Source of the DNA: an uncultured Actinomycetes bacterium
GTDB taxonomy: Bacteria > Actinomycetota > Acidimicrobiia > Acidimicrobiales > JACDEA01
Length of the DNA: 64,000 nucleotides
Direction of reading: 5' to 3'
Assembly (NCBI GenBank): GCA_963742585.1
Contig: CAVUMI010000005.1
Coordinates: forward strand, 52,908 to 116,907
Positions 62,321 through 64,000 of this stretch are shown here, piece after piece. The position numbers and the translations under genes were made by a program. Under the pieces are notes generated by a model that ran no database searches, was not told the origin of the DNA, and saw only the letters and a program-made list of their open reading frames with translations. Numbering within the stretch: position 1 is the stretch's first letter; every line of letters begins with the position of its first letter.

Positions 62321-64000
62321 ATGACGCTCCGCCGGGCCTGCGCCGTGGGCTCTGTTCGCGGGCGTGATCGTGGCCGCGTTGGTCGCGACCTCCCCGGTTG
62401 ACCGCGTTGCCGCGAGGGGCGGTGCCAGGGCCCTTTCTGCCGCGGACGCCGCCGAAGCCGTCGAAGCCGTCGAGGCTGCCGCCGACCAGTCCGCCGACGA
62501 CGTGTCGAATGGATCAAGCCCGGTTGCCGCCGCGTCCGGCCCTGGCGGTGTCGCCGCCGCCAGTGCGGCAGCGTCGGCGTCGGGTGTGCCCGCCGCGGTC
62601 GGGACCGGGACGTCGGTGTCCGGTGTCGACTGTGCGTCGGGCAAGCGGCAGCTGGCGACCTCCGCGTACGGCGCCGCGTGTCAGGCGGCTTCGAACATCA
62701 AGGGACCCGGCGCCACTGCGCGCGGCATCACGAACGACACCATCAACGTGACGCTGCGGATCTCCGAGGGCGGTCAGTCGGCGGCGCTTCTCGCAACTGC
62801 CGGTACCGCTGCGGATTCACTCGGGGCCGACCAACAGAGCGTGGCCGCCGACATGAGGACGCTCGTCGCCTACTTCAACCGGGTCTACGACCTGTACGGA
62901 CGCCATGTGGAGCTGAAGGTCTACAACGGCCAGGGCGACTTTCTGGCCGAGTTCCAGAATCAGAACATCCAAGGCGCGCAGGCCGATGGCGCGCGCGCCC
63001 GCGACCTCGACGCGTTCGCCGACGTCTCCATCGTCACGATGACCCAGCCCTACAGCGAGGCGCTGGTCTCGCAGCAGATCATCGCCATGAGCCCCGTCTA
63101 CCTCTCCGAGCGCTGGCACAGGGCCCACGCGCCGTACGCGTTCGGCGTCGTCACGCCGATAGGTACACGGGTCGGATCGTTCATGGGCAACGTCGCCTGC
63201 CGGCGGCTCGCCAGCGGCAACGCCGCCTTCGCGGGTGACAGCGCCATGCACGGCAAGCCCCGCGCCTTCGGGATCATCCACCCCGAGAACCCCGAGTTCG
63301 CGCTCATAGGCGACGTCATCGACCGCGCCCTCCGGTCCTGCGGTCATGCCCCCGCCCGCCGGATCGCCTACGCCTTGAATATCGCTACGGCGCAGAACGA
63401 GCACACCAATGCCGTGGCGCAGATGAAGGCGGCCGGCGTTACCACGCTGATGTGCGTGTGTGACGAGTTCTCGCCGATCTTCCTCACCCGCGCCGCCGAC
63501 CAGCAGCACTACGCGCCGGAGTGGATGCAGATCTGGTGGCCGGACCCGTGGCAGCGGCTGGCCAACTCGTCGCAGTGGAGCCATTCGATGCACACCGGCG
63601 GCACGTCGCCTGACTTCCTCGCTGGTGAAATTGGCGCGACCTGGCGCGCCGCGGCGGGGGGAGCGCAGCCGAGGGCGGCGGCCGCACTCCACTTCGTGTA
63701 CCCGCAACTGCTCTCGCTGTTCTCCGCGCTCCAGGCCGCCGGGCCGAACCTCACACCGGTGACGTTCCAACGGGGATGGTTCTCGCTGCCGAGCACGGCC
63801 GCGGGCGACCTGGGGCCGTGGACCTTCGGACCCGGCGTGTTCAACCCGAAGACCCAATTCCAACTCGGCTGGTACGACCCCGCGTTCCGAAGCAACTTCG
63901 ACGGACAGGCCGGCGCCATCCGCAGTTGCGAGGGTGGCCGATGGTTCCGGTTCGACGACGCGGGCGGCATAGGGGCTGGCCCGATCCGGTGGTTTCGCGC
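62321..64000 (+). CDS. Secreted or membrane-anchored solute-binding-like protein (PBP type 1/LivK-like?), 3' end off the window; the start region needs a frameshift or an alternative start at 62364
   Basis: My own translation gives an open frame from 62325 to the window edge (>550 codons), missing from the ORF track because it has no stop. It reads ...PWALFAGVIVAALVATSPV (TM/signal), an Ala-rich linker, then GITNDTINVTLRIS...VELKVYNGQGDF... The nearby ATG 62321 (MTLRRA) is in another frame. Confidence 0.5.

Noticed and set aside
427-63863. Many long ORFs antisense to or overlapping the called genes. Examples: 427..1323-, 1965..3362-, 10027..10935-, 12855..14210+, 14006..15127+, 21957..22757-, 22770..23825-, 32622..33515-, 35681..37231+, 40774..41436-, 52993..54027-, 56239..57645-, 60584..62269+ and 62817..63863-.
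   Set aside because: These are high-GC shadow ORFs. Their translations are Arg/Pro/Gly/Ala-rich, low-complexity and motif-free, while the opposite or alternative frame carries clear family motifs.
1-64000. Search for CRISPR arrays, rRNA, insertion sequences, transposases, integrases and prophage structural genes
   Set aside because: I saw no regularly spaced repeat array, no rRNA-like sequence, and no DDE/serine/tyrosine recombinase motifs in any frame. The only mobile-element signatures are the tRNA-end scars, the TA modules and the DUF222-HNH copies.

Overview
This is a high-GC, Actinobacteria-type chromosomal window. Supporting signs are an AfsR/SARP regulator, DUF222-HNH '13E12-like' genes, remnants of mycothiol-DinB and F420-DDN genes, and LPXTG/LAXTG-type anchors. 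It is gene-dense, and many neighbouring genes overlap by 4 bp (ATGA/GTGA), which suggests translational coupling.

Main blocks:
1. 0-3.5 kb: TetR, SDR, and an MFS read as an in-frame fusion to a thioesterase-like domain.
2. 4.4-9.5 kb: an envelope-glycosylation-like locus. A GT2, DUF2064, membrane molybdoenzyme and small membrane protein form one operon, divergent from a GT-C-like membrane protein and an epimerase.
3. 9.5-10.0 kb: a TlpA/DsbA-like lipoprotein gene whose first active-site Cys codon is TGA, followed by a SECIS-like hairpin. It is either a candidate selenoprotein or a pseudogene.
4. 11-18.9 kb: a SARP-adjacent operon (YceI, methyltransferase, vanadium-haloperoxidase/PAP2-like protein, secreted Cys-rich protein) bracketed by two remnants of a tRNA-Met 3' end.
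5. 18.9-25 kb: a decayed islet with HigBA and VapC/Phd toxin-antitoxin pairs and many gene fragments.
6. 25-36.7 kb: small regulators and enzymes, a VanRS-like two-component system with a VanY-like M15 peptidase, an amine oxidase, two sortase-type beta-propeller surface proteins and a Fic gene.
7. 36.7-41.5 kb: a seven-gene overlapping operon containing three tandem NTF2/SnoaL-like paralogs.
8. 41.9-50 kb: an esterase, an ArsR-ArsC fusion, a DUF222-HNH gene behind a promoter carrying a perfect LexA (Cheo/SOS) box, and an arylsulfatase.
9. 50-64 kb: catabolic-looking genes (ACAD, DMFase-like, nitroreductase, Zn-ADH, amidohydrolase, CMD, diiron protein, GntR) and a decayed Tet(M)-like GTPase.

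About twenty frameshifted, truncated or internally deleted genes are visible. I found no CRISPR array, rRNA, intact tRNA, transposase or integrase. All calls come from reading translations and motifs by eye; no database search was possible.
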